Positions 56,615 to 64,000 of a stretch of 64,000 bases of DNA are shown here, one piece after another (position 1 is the stretch's first letter; every line of letters starts with the position of its first letter). A model generated the notes under the pieces. The model saw nothing but the letters and a program-made list of their open reading frames with translations, did not search any database and was not told the origin of the DNA. Made by a program: the position numbers and the translations under genes. The DNA comes from Ostreococcus lucimarinus (taxonomy: Eukaryota): assembly GCA_000092065.1 (NCBI GenBank), contig CP000584.1; one strand, given 5' to 3'.

Positions 56615-58342
56615 ATGCTCGGACGCGCCGCGCGGCGGATGGCGCGAGACGCGACGGCGATGGCGCGCGCGGACGCGTCGTGGCGCGCGGCGCGCTCGAT
56701 CCGACGTCGCGACCGCGCGAGCGACGCGTTCGAGCACGACGCGCCGTTCGCGACGCGCGCGGCGAAAGAGGTCGAGTGGCGACTGGTCACGCGCGACGGC
56801 GTGACGACGACGGCGGGCGCGGACGGGGAGACGTACGTCAAGGTGGCGCCCGAGGCGCTGACGGCGCTGGCGGCGCGCGCGGTGCGAGACGTGAGCCATC
56901 TGTTGCGTCCGGGACACTTGAAACAGTTACGAGGGATACTGGACGACCCGGAGGCGTCGAAGAACGATCGATTCGTGGCGTTGGAGCTGCTGAAGAACGC
57001 GTGCGTGGCGGCGGGAATGGTTCTACCGGGATGCCAAGACACGGGAACGGCGATCGTGATGGGGAAGCGCGGAGGAAGGGTGCTGACGGATGGGGAGGAC
57101 GAACGCGCGCTGAGCCGCGGGGTGTACGATACGTACAAAACGACGAATTTGCGCTACTCGCAAGTGGCGCCGTTGACGATGTTCGAGGAGAAGAACACTG
57201 GATCGAACCTTCCGGCGCAGATCGATCTGTACGCGACGAAGGGTGATGAGTATCACTTTCAGTTTATGACGAAGGGCGGCGGAAGCGCGAACAAGACGTT
57301 TTTATTCCAGCAAACCAAAGCCGTGCTCAACGAGGCGAGTTTGCTGTCGTTTTTGGAAGAAAAGATTAAAAACATCGGTACGAGCGCGTGTCCGCCCTAT
57401 CACTTGGCTATCGTCATCGGTGGACTGAGCGCGGAGCAAAATTTGAAGACGGTGAAGATGGCGAGCGCGCGGTATTACGACAACTTGCACACCTCCGGGA
57501 ACGAACTCGGGCGCGCGTTCAGAGACCTGGAGTGGGAAGAAAAGATCCACAAGTTGACACAAACCATGGGCATTGGCGCGCAATTCGGCGGGAAATACTT
57601 TTGTCACGACGTGCGCGTGATTCGCCTACCGCGTCACGGCGCCTCGTGCCCCATCGGCCTCGGCGTTTCGTGCTCGGCCGATCGACAAGCGCTCGGGAAG
57701 ATCACAAAAGACGGCGTGTTCATAGAGGCGCTGGAAACGGATCCGAGCAAGTACCTTCCCGACGTACGAGAGGACAATCTGTCCAACGAAGTCGTGCACG
57801 TCGATTTGAACCGGCCGATGTCTGAGATTTTGGCGACGCTGAGCGCGTGCGAGGTGACGACCCGGCTCACGCTCACCGGTCCCCTCGTCGTCGCCCGCGA
57901 TATTGCGCATGCAAAGTTAAAAGAACAGCTCGACCGCGGCGAGGATTTACCCCAATACATGAAGGATCACGCGGTGTATTACGCCGGTCCCGCGAAGACG
58001 CCCGAAGGCATGGCGAGCGGTTCCTTCGGTCCCACCACCGCCGGTCGCATGGACTCTTACGTCGATCAATTCCAAGCCGCCGGCGGTTCCATGGTCATGC
58101 TCGCCAAAGGCAATCGTTCCGCCGCCGTCACCCGCGCCTGTAAAACCCACGGCGGTTTTTACCTCGGCTCCATCGGCGGCCCCGCCGCGATTCTCGCTCA
58201 AAACAACATCAAAAAAGTCGACGTCCTCGAGTTCCCCGAGCTCGGCATGGAGGCCGTGTGGAAGATTCAGGTCGAGAATTTCCCCGCCTTCGTCGTCGTC
58301 GACGACAAGGGCCACAATTTCTTTTTAAAGTGGACCGGATAG
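56615..58342 (+). CDS. Class I (Fe-S dependent) fumarate hydratase, single polypeptide with both alpha and beta domains, with an N-terminal presequence.
   Basis: ATG at 56615. The presequence is [19 protein letters not shown]. The alpha domain has [17 protein letters not shown], the Fe-S hydro-lyase CQDTG motif. The beta domain has [31 protein letters not shown]...[11 protein letters not shown]...[10 protein letters not shown]. Length 575 aa. Confidence 0.85.
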   Translation: MLGRAARRMARDATAMARADASWRAARSIRRRDRASDAFEHDAPFATRAAKEVEWRLVTRDGVTTTAGADGETYVKVAPEALTALAARAVRDVSHLLRPGHLKQLRGILDDPEASKNDRFVALELLKNACVAAGMVLPGCQDTGTAIVMGKRGGRVLTDGEDERALSRGVYDTYKTTNLRYSQVAPLTMFEEKNTGSNLPAQIDLYATKGDEYHFQFMTKGGGSANKTFLFQQTKAVLNEASLLSFLEEKIKNIGTSACPPYHLAIVIGGLSAEQNLKTVKMASARYYDNLHTSGNELGRAFRDLEWEEKIHKLTQTMGIGAQFGGKYFCHDVRVIRLPRHGASCPIGLGVSCSADRQALGKITKDGVFIEALETDPSKYLPDVREDNLSNEVVHVDLNRPMSEILATLSACEVTTRLTLTGPLVVARDIAHAKLKEQLDRGEDLPQYMKDHAVYYAGPAKTPEGMASGSFGPTTAGRMDSYVDQFQAAGGSMVMLAKGNRSAAVTRACKTHGGFYLGSIGGPAAILAQNNIKKVDVLEFPELGMEAVWKIQVENFPAFVVVDDKGHNFFLKWTG

Positions 58343-58410
58343 CGTCTTGAAATCCCGCGCTCGCGCCGCCTCCAGCCCCGCGCCCCGCACACCTCGACGC
58401 GTGCCCGACG

Positions 58411-59436
58411 ATGCCGCGCACCGCCGACGACGACGCGCGCGCGCTCGCGCATCGCGACGTCAACGCCGCGACGGAGACGAACGGAGACGCGATGTGCGAC
58501 GCCGCGATGAAACCGAACGACGAAAAGGACGCGCGCGACGACGACGCGGGCGCAGACGACGACGCGGGGATTCAAAATCAAAATCTGGCTGTTGACGACG
58601 CGTCGAAGGATGACGACGCGACGACGATGATCGACGCGAAGCGCGCGCGAGAAGAAACCGAGGAAGAGGCGAAAGACGCGCGGGGAAAGGCGAAATCGCG
58701 ACACGGGAAGGAACGCGCGGCGAGAGAGATGGATTTGCAGACGCTGCCAGAGGCGTTGGGAGAGTGGAAGACGAACGCGGAGCTCGAGTTGGGGAATTTG
58801 TGGACGAGACAGCGCTTGCGATTGTTGGATTGGTTCGAGACGAAGTCGGCGATTAATAAGTGCATCGTGTCGTGTCCGGCGTCGGCGTTGAGAGAGAAGA
58901 TGCGGGCGTTGAGAGACGACGGGGTGTACGGGAGTTCGATGATTCCGTATTTGCAACTGTTGCGAGACGTCTTCGACGAGACGGATCAGTACAAGGATGA
59001 TTTGGATGAGGAATTGGATTTTAATGATTTTTTCGACGACGACGACGACGAGTCTGAAGATGACGAATCTGAAGATGACGATTCCGAAGACGACGAATCT
59101 GAAGACTCAGCTGAGGAGATTCCGGTCGTCTCTCGCGCGCCTCGCGCCGAAGCCGCCGCCGAGCCTCCTCAACGCGCGGGCGCCTCTCGATCAGCGCCGA
59201 GCACTGAAGAGATGGACGAAATCAAGATCAAGTTTAGTAAATTCACCCAATTCCTCGGTCAATACTTCTCCGAGAAGCGTCTCGAGGTGGAGAACGTCGT
59301 CGAAATAGTCGATCACGCGGCCCGAGCCGGCTTCGACGACCCCCAAGAAGTGAACAAGTTTTTAGAAGTCATGCAAAAGCAGAACAAGATCATGTACGAC
59401 CAGTCCGAGTCTCAGTGGACGGTGTACATCTTGTAG
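58411..59436 (+). CDS. Hypothetical acidic (likely nuclear) protein with a conserved-looking C-terminal 70 aa.
   Basis: ATG at 58411. The N-terminus is Asp-rich. The middle region is LQTLPEALGEWKTNAELELGNLWTRQRLRLLDWFETKS. An acidic array follows: DDDDDESEDDESEDDDSEDDESED. The C-terminal block is EEMDEIKIKFSKFTQFLGQYFSEKRLEVENVVEIVDHAARAGFDDPQEVNKFLEVMQKQNKIMYDQSESQWTVYIL. Confidence 0.45.
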   Translation: MPRTADDDARALAHRDVNAATETNGDAMCDAAMKPNDEKDARDDDAGADDDAGIQNQNLAVDDASKDDDATTMIDAKRAREETEEEAKDARGKAKSRHGKERAAREMDLQTLPEALGEWKTNAELELGNLWTRQRLRLLDWFETKSAINKCIVSCPASALREKMRALRDDGVYGSSMIPYLQLLRDVFDETDQYKDDLDEELDFNDFFDDDDDESEDDESEDDDSEDDESEDSAEEIPVVSRAPRAEAAAEPPQRAGASRSAPSTEEMDEIKIKFSKFTQFLGQYFSEKRLEVENVVEIVDHAARAGFDDPQEVNKFLEVMQKQNKIMYDQSESQWTVYIL

Positions 59437-59526
59437 CCCTAGCGAGTAGCCTTTGTCATCACATTCAATCATTACTGAAAAAAATTCAAAAATTCGAACG
59501 CGACAGACGGCACATCCCGTCGTCAG

Positions 59527-62019
59527 ATGTCCGCCGCGACGAAAGCCGCCGAGCGCGACGCCCTGGAGCGACTCCAGCGCGACGTGCGCAAGCACGCGCG
59601 CGACGAGAGCGTCGAGATCGATGCCGCGCGCGGCTGGCGCGTTACGTTTACCGAGCGCAAAACGGGCGCGCAAGCGGGGACATTTTACAAAGAGTTTTAC
59701 GCCCCCGACGGCACGCGGTTTCGAAGCGCCAAAGAAGTCTGCGCGCACGTCCAACAGATTCGAGGGATGAAGCGTAAAGCGCTGAAAGCGAGCGCGGGAT
59801 CGGGAAAGGAGAAAGGAAGCGGGAAGGGCGATGGAAAGGCGAAACGGGGGAGGCCGAGCGCGAGCGCGGAAACCGAGAACGAGGCGGACGCGCTGGAGAA
59901 ACTGTACGCGTACGTGAAGAACACGGCTGGTCGTGATATACGTCATCACGGTTGGGGCGTGGTGTTCGTGGAGCGGAAGTCGGGGGCGCTGGCTGGGCAG
60001 GTGTATAAAGACTACTTGACGCCGTGCGGGAACAAAGTACGGTCGATGAAGGAGGTGATGGTGTACTTGGCGGGGGTGAAGTCGCCGCAATCGAAAAAGA
60101 AGATTCGTCGTGACGATGGGAGCGTGGAGGAGGAGATGGAGGCGGAACCGACCGAGGCGGAGCTTCAAGCGTTGGAAATGAAGATTACAGAAGAGCACGC
60201 GGCGGCGATTACCAGAGCCGTGCCAGCGTTACCGGCGCGCACGCAATCCGTGCAAGTGACTGGCCTAGAATTAGACGATGATATGGATGAGGATCGGTTG
60301 CTTGTTGAATTTAGCAACATCACCGGACTCGAACCGGTGTATGAAACCTTGGAAGAGCTGCGGGAAATGGTGAATAAAGAGCGCGCTCGGGCGGCGGCGA
60401 AAAACGAGGCGATGGAGTTCAATTTCAAGCCGCCAACGACGCGCGCGCCGCGACCTTCTCTCGAAGCGCTGCCAAATGGGCTGAGCTACGCCGCGAAGGA
60501 AGTCGATGAGACGAAGAAGGCGGATCAGTTGGCGTTAATTCAACGCTTTCAGAAGGAAAGCAAAATCATGAATAAGCTTGGAGATGCTTCCAAAGCCGAT
60601 TGGAGAGGTGAAGCGCGCGTACCGAAAGTTTTGGGAGACACATCGGTTCCGGATGTTGTGCGTGGGGGTACGCGCGCCGGAGCGACGCCCATGATTGCGG
60701 GAACGGCGGCGGAAATCAAACTTTTACCGAGCACGACTGAGATTGATTACGACGGCGCTGAGGACAGGCCTCCGTTCGATCCCACTGATACGAGCTCGGT
60801 GACGACGCTCAAGGCAGCCATGCATACATCAACGGCGCCGGATGAAGTGCGGTGTCGCGAAGATGAGCGCGCGAAAGTGATCGATTTGATTCAAGGGTGC
60901 TTGCGTGATCACAAACCGGGCAGTCTGTATCTCGCCGGACTGCCAGGGACGGGGAAAACACTCACGCTCAAAGACGTTCAGAGAACAACGGAAAGATGGG
61001 GTATCGTAGGTAAGACTCGACCCCGTGTAGCTTTCATCAACTGCATGTCCGTGCACAACGCCAAAGATATTTTTGGAGTCGTTTTAGATCAACTTGGCGA
61101 AAGAGTTGCATCTGAAGACCGAGCGCCAAGCGTGGGATCCATAGAATACAGCAATATCCCAGAAGTCGTGGCGTTGAGAAGAGTAGTGACTTCGATGAAC
61201 GGTGGAATGTGCATCATTCTGCTCGATGAGATGGATCAACTCGAAACACGAGATCAAGAGGTTTTGTACGAGCTGTTTGCTTTGCCCGCACTCAAGGGAT
61301 CACGATGCGTTTTAGCGGGAGTCTCCAACGCGATCAATCTCACCGATCGCGTGCTGCCTAGATTGCGCGCTCGTGGATGCGAGCCTGCACTCGTAACGTT
61401 TTCTGCGTACGATGCCAAGCAGCTCAAGGTATTGCTGAAACAGCGCCTCGCGGCGCTTCCATTCAAGGCTTTCGAGGACTCTGCGTTGGAATTGTGTTCG
61501 CGGAAAGTAGGCGCGGCGACGGGCGACATGCGAAAGGCGCTCAACGTGTGCGCCACCGCCGTCGACATATGCGTGCAAGAAGCGACGAAGATCTCAGAGG
61601 ATGGTAGCGAAGCGCCCGCCTCGGCCAAGGGCACTGTGAAGATTTCCCACATGGCGCGCGCGCTTTCAAAAACGTACGCATCGCCAGTCGTGGACTCAAT
61701 CCGGGCATTGCCGCAAATGCAACAGATGGTCCTGTGTTCGGCGATAAAACTTTTGAGCAGTACGCACGCCATGGAGACGACGTTAGGGGCTTTGCATGAT
61801 CGATACGTCATCACTTGCAAGACAGCCGGTGTCAAGGATCTATCTCAAGGTGAGTTCCACAACATGTGCAGCGCGCTCTCGGATCATTGTTTGGTTAAGA
61901 TTGGGAATGCGAGTAACGATCGATTGCGCAAGCTACGATTGCTCGCCACGCGAGATGATGTGGAGTTTTCACTCCAAGGTGTGAACTTCTTCCGCAACTT
62001 ATTAGGGATCAACGAGTAG
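59527..62019 (+). CDS. ORC1: ORC1/CDC6-family AAA+ protein with two N-terminal methyl-CpG-binding-domain (MBD)-like repeats.
   Basis: ATG at 59527. The first MBD-like segment is RGWRVTFTERKTGAQAGTFYKEFYAPDGTRFRSAKEVCAHV, the second GWGVVFVERKSGALAGQVYKDYLTPCGNKVRSMKEVMVYL. Both fit the MBD consensus GW.R....R.SG...G..D.YY..P.G...RS..E...YL. AAA+ motifs are Walker A KPGSLYLAGLPGTGKTLTL, Walker B CIILLDEMDQL and sensor AGVSNAINLTDR. The segment GDMRKALNVCATAVDI aligns to ORC1/Cdc6 GDARRALDICRRA. A C-terminal winged-helix region is present. Length 830 aa. Confidence 0.8.
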   Translation: MSAATKAAERDALERLQRDVRKHARDESVEIDAARGWRVTFTERKTGAQAGTFYKEFYAPDGTRFRSAKEVCAHVQQIRGMKRKALKASAGSGKEKGSGKGDGKAKRGRPSASAETENEADALEKLYAYVKNTAGRDIRHHGWGVVFVERKSGALAGQVYKDYLTPCGNKVRSMKEVMVYLAGVKSPQSKKKIRRDDGSVEEEMEAEPTEAELQALEMKITEEHAAAITRAVPALPARTQSVQVTGLELDDDMDEDRLLVEFSNITGLEPVYETLEELREMVNKERARAAAKNEAMEFNFKPPTTRAPRPSLEALPNGLSYAAKEVDETKKADQLALIQRFQKESKIMNKLGDASKADWRGEARVPKVLGDTSVPDVVRGGTRAGATPMIAGTAAEIKLLPSTTEIDYDGAEDRPPFDPTDTSSVTTLKAAMHTSTAPDEVRCREDERAKVIDLIQGCLRDHKPGSLYLAGLPGTGKTLTLKDVQRTTERWGIVGKTRPRVAFINCMSVHNAKDIFGVVLDQLGERVASEDRAPSVGSIEYSNIPEVVALRRVVTSMNGGMCIILLDEMDQLETRDQEVLYELFALPALKGSRCVLAGVSNAINLTDRVLPRLRARGCEPALVTFSAYDAKQLKVLLKQRLAALPFKAFEDSALELCSRKVGAATGDMRKALNVCATAVDICVQEATKISEDGSEAPASAKGTVKISHMARALSKTYASPVVDSIRALPQMQQMVLCSAIKLLSSTHAMETTLGALHDRYVITCKTAGVKDLSQGEFHNMCSALSDHCLVKIGNASNDRLRKLRLLATRDDVEFSLQGVNFFRNLLGINE

Positions 62020-62097
62020 ACTCGTTGATTGTACATACAATTCGAGACGCGATTCGACGTCGTCAAACGAGGCGCACCACACAAAACGACACGCCAA

Positions 62098-62976
62098 ATG
62101 AAAGCTTCTCTCCTCCGACCATTGACATTGACCGCTCGACTTCGCGCTGTGCATCGCGTTAAGCCGCGTCTCAACACCGCTCGCTCGCTCGTCACTCGAG
62201 CCGACGCGACAGACCAATCAGGATCAGGCGCCTTCGTGCGAGGCCAAGCTCAGTTCTCGAAATTTTACCCAAGCGAAGCGCGCGATTTCACGTTCTCGAG
62301 ACACGTGATGCTCGCCGTCGACGGCACACATGCCTCTGAAGACGCCGCACGATGGGTCATTCAAAATGTCGTTCGCTCTGGAGATCTCCTGCACTTGATC
62401 CACGTCGCCGTTCCGGAATCGTTCGGTACGCTGCGTCGCGCGACGTTGTTCACTCGGAGAGACTGACCAAAACGACAAGGAGTTTACTACCTGGGCGCTC
62501 CCGGAACGGAGATCGCAGGAAGCGAGCTGGATTGGGAACGTAAAGACGAATTCTGGGCGAGTTGCATCCGCAGAACCGAACGCATGCTCGACGGCACCGT
62601 CACCCACATCATCGGCGAAGACGCCGACGCAGGGGAAGAGATGACGCCGTTTCGTCCGCCCATCGAACTCGATTGCATCTTGGATCAAACCTGGTACGCG
62701 TCACTTGATATACGTAACGCATATTTATCAACCTTCGACAGGGAGCCCGTTGGCGAGGTTTTACTCAACAAAGCGAAAGAGTCCAACGCCGAAATTCTCG
62801 TCGTCATCAAGCATCATAAGAGCTGGGTCCAAAAAATTTTCTCGGGATCGGTGAGCGAGTACCTGATCGACAAATCTGAGATCCCCATCCTCGTGTTTCC
62901 AGCCGCGATGCCCGCGTCTTCGGAAGACTTGATCTTAGGCGACGAAGACGATCAAAGTTCCAAAGGCGCGCGTTGA
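62098..62976 (+). CDS. Universal stress protein (UspA-family) domain protein with an N-terminal transit-peptide-like presequence and one short intron.
   Basis: ATG at 62098 (MKASLLRPLTLTARLRAVHR). The N-terminal USP block is RHVMLAVDGTHASEDAARWVIQNVVRSGDLLHLIHV. The donor GTACGC is at 62426 and CTGAC at 62463. The acceptor is at 62479, 62482 or 62518; all three keep the frame. The C-terminal USP block in ORF 62584..62976 is ILVVIKHHKSWVQKIFSGSVSEYLIDKSEIPILVF (compare GSVSNYVIHHAKCPVLVV). Confidence 0.6.
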
Positions 62977-63082
62977 TAACTTCATTTCATTACAAAGATC
63001 CGTCATGAGATGAGAAAATGACCGAAACGATGCGAAAGAATCAAGACGAAATGTTTGAGCGCGGTTCGATTACACGCCGCGC

Positions 63083-63721
63083 TTAGTGGGCGAGGATTTC
63101 GCGCACGTACTTGTACGAGTTACTCCACACAGCCTTGCAAAGATCGATGGGCAAGCACTCTTGTTTGTTCTTGATGTTCTTGTCCGCACCATTTTGTAGC
63201 AAGAGATTGACGATTTCCACGTGTCCACGCATCGCCGCCCAGTGCAGCGCGGTGTTGTCGCCCATATCCAGCGCGTCCACGTCCGCGCCTTGCTCGAGCA
63301 TGAACTTCACCGTGTGATAGTGTCCGTTGTGCGCCGCGCGCTGCAACCCAGTATCTTTCATCAATCCGCTCTGTTGAATGTCAGCGCCTTCGTTGAGCAA
63401 CAGTTCGACAACCTTCGTGTGCCCGTTGCCCGCCGCGAGCACGAGCGGAGGATCCCCGCAGTGGTCGCACTCGTTAATCGGCGCGCCTTCGTGGATGTGC
63501 TCCTTCACCCAGTCGTAATAGCCATCGACGCAGTCGCGCCAAATATTGGATTTTTCCGGGATGAATCGTCCGGTCTGCGATGCGTTCGCGTTCGTTCGTC
63601 AGTCGTCGACTCGGGAATCGCGCACGAGGGGCCTCGGACGCGCGGACGCGATCCAGCGTCGTCGCCTTTGCGCGCCTTCGCCCGCGTCGCGAGTTTCACG
63701 CACCACGAGGTCGAACGGCAT
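63083..63721 (-). CDS. Canonical ankyrin-repeat protein, two exons: join(63083..63574, 63704..63721).
   Basis: Three to four classical 33-aa ANK repeats are present, for example GDPPLVLAAGNGHTKVVELLLNEGADIQQ and GNTALHWAAMRGHVEIVNLLLQNGADKN. The reading frame stays open upstream of the track GTG start up to an in-frame TGA and contains no ATG. The proposed 18-nt first exon is ATG CCG TTC GAC CTC GTG at 63721-63704. A 129-nt phase-0 intron follows with a GTGCGT donor, a CTGAC branch about 20 nt before a CAG acceptor. Confidence 0.5.
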
Positions 63722-64000
63722 CGTGTTTTCTCGGTTTCTGTCGCCGTGTCGGGCGCGCGTGTGTGCAGCGCGCGCGCGCGCGTTCGCCCGCCTCGAAATG
63801 CGCGAGCCACTTTCAGCCGTTTTTTTGCCGTTTTTTCACTCGAGCAAAACTCTCTCAGAAACGAGCGTTGTATTAAACCGAGGCAAACTAACGAGAAATG
63901 CGAAAGTACTAATCGAGAGCGCGATATCACTTGGAGGGATCGATCAACTTCTTCGGCGGCCGAGCCGCCTTTTCGTCGACGCCGCTCGTGCCGAAGCGTC

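Noticed and set aside
1-64000. Search for a prokaryotic defence or biosynthetic system, CRISPR array, integrase or transposase, rRNA or tRNA.
   Set aside because: There are no direct-repeat/spacer arrays, no RT, integrase or transposase motifs, no tRNA-like cloverleaf signatures (no GTTCGAATC-type T-arm with matching acceptor stems) and no rRNA-like segments. The genes carry spliceosomal introns, organellar presequences and eukaryote-specific families (UTP14, ALG9, XPO5, AP beta, ORC1). The window is eukaryotic nuclear DNA.

Overview
The window is GC-rich (about 65%), gene-dense, intron-poor eukaryotic nuclear DNA. It is not a prokaryotic or viral locus. Several signals point to a prasinophyte-type green alga, though this is inference only. 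Coding uses very GC3-rich codons, Ala/Arg/Ser-rich organellar presequences and SPPPP extensin-like motifs. The few introns share a GTGCGT or GTACGT donor, a CTGAC branch about 25-35 nt before a CAG acceptor, and lower GC than exons. TGTAA sits just after many stop codons, as in chlorophyte poly(A) signals. Intergenic spacers are about 100-300 bp with many head-to-head gene pairs.

I call about 33 protein-coding genes. The secure ones are UTP14, two MATE transporters, an NSUN2/Trm4 m5C RNA methyltransferase, an AP-complex beta adaptin and an M16 insulinase/nardilysin-like peptidase. Also secure are an ABC-F ATPase, a four-exon exportin-5/HASTY gene, the ALG9 mannosyltransferase, a class I fumarase and a glucose-6-phosphate 1-epimerase. 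Further calls are a DEAD-box helicase, a TVP38/DedA membrane protein, a universal stress protein and a CUE-domain protein. The remainder are lineage-specific or hypothetical proteins.

I found no transposon, CRISPR array, rRNA or tRNA, and no prokaryote-style defence or biosynthetic island, so there is no single discrete new system here.

What is notable are four unusual domain architectures. The first is an ORC1/CDC6-type AAA+ protein whose N-terminus carries two methyl-CpG-binding (MBD)-like domains instead of BAH or PHD. The second is a PLAT domain fused to a PTC7-type PP2C phosphatase. The third is a DOT1-like methyltransferase core in a green-lineage genome. The fourth is a roughly 1,970-residue type-I receptor-like protein with ephrin-receptor-like cysteine repeats, a proline-rich stalk, one transmembrane helix and an intracellular TPR array. 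There is also a family of degenerate 27-residue ankyrin-like repeats and a 24-bp tandem repeat in a bidirectional promoter.

Many long Arg/Ala-rich ORFs, often antisense to real genes, are compositional artefacts and were rejected. The ORF track uses alternative start codons (GTG and TTG are translated as M), so I moved starts to the first plausible in-frame ATG.

I could not recount every position directly from the sequence text. Where a direct recount was not possible, start codons are offsets from the ORF-track frames. Start and intron coordinates may therefore be off by a few bases.
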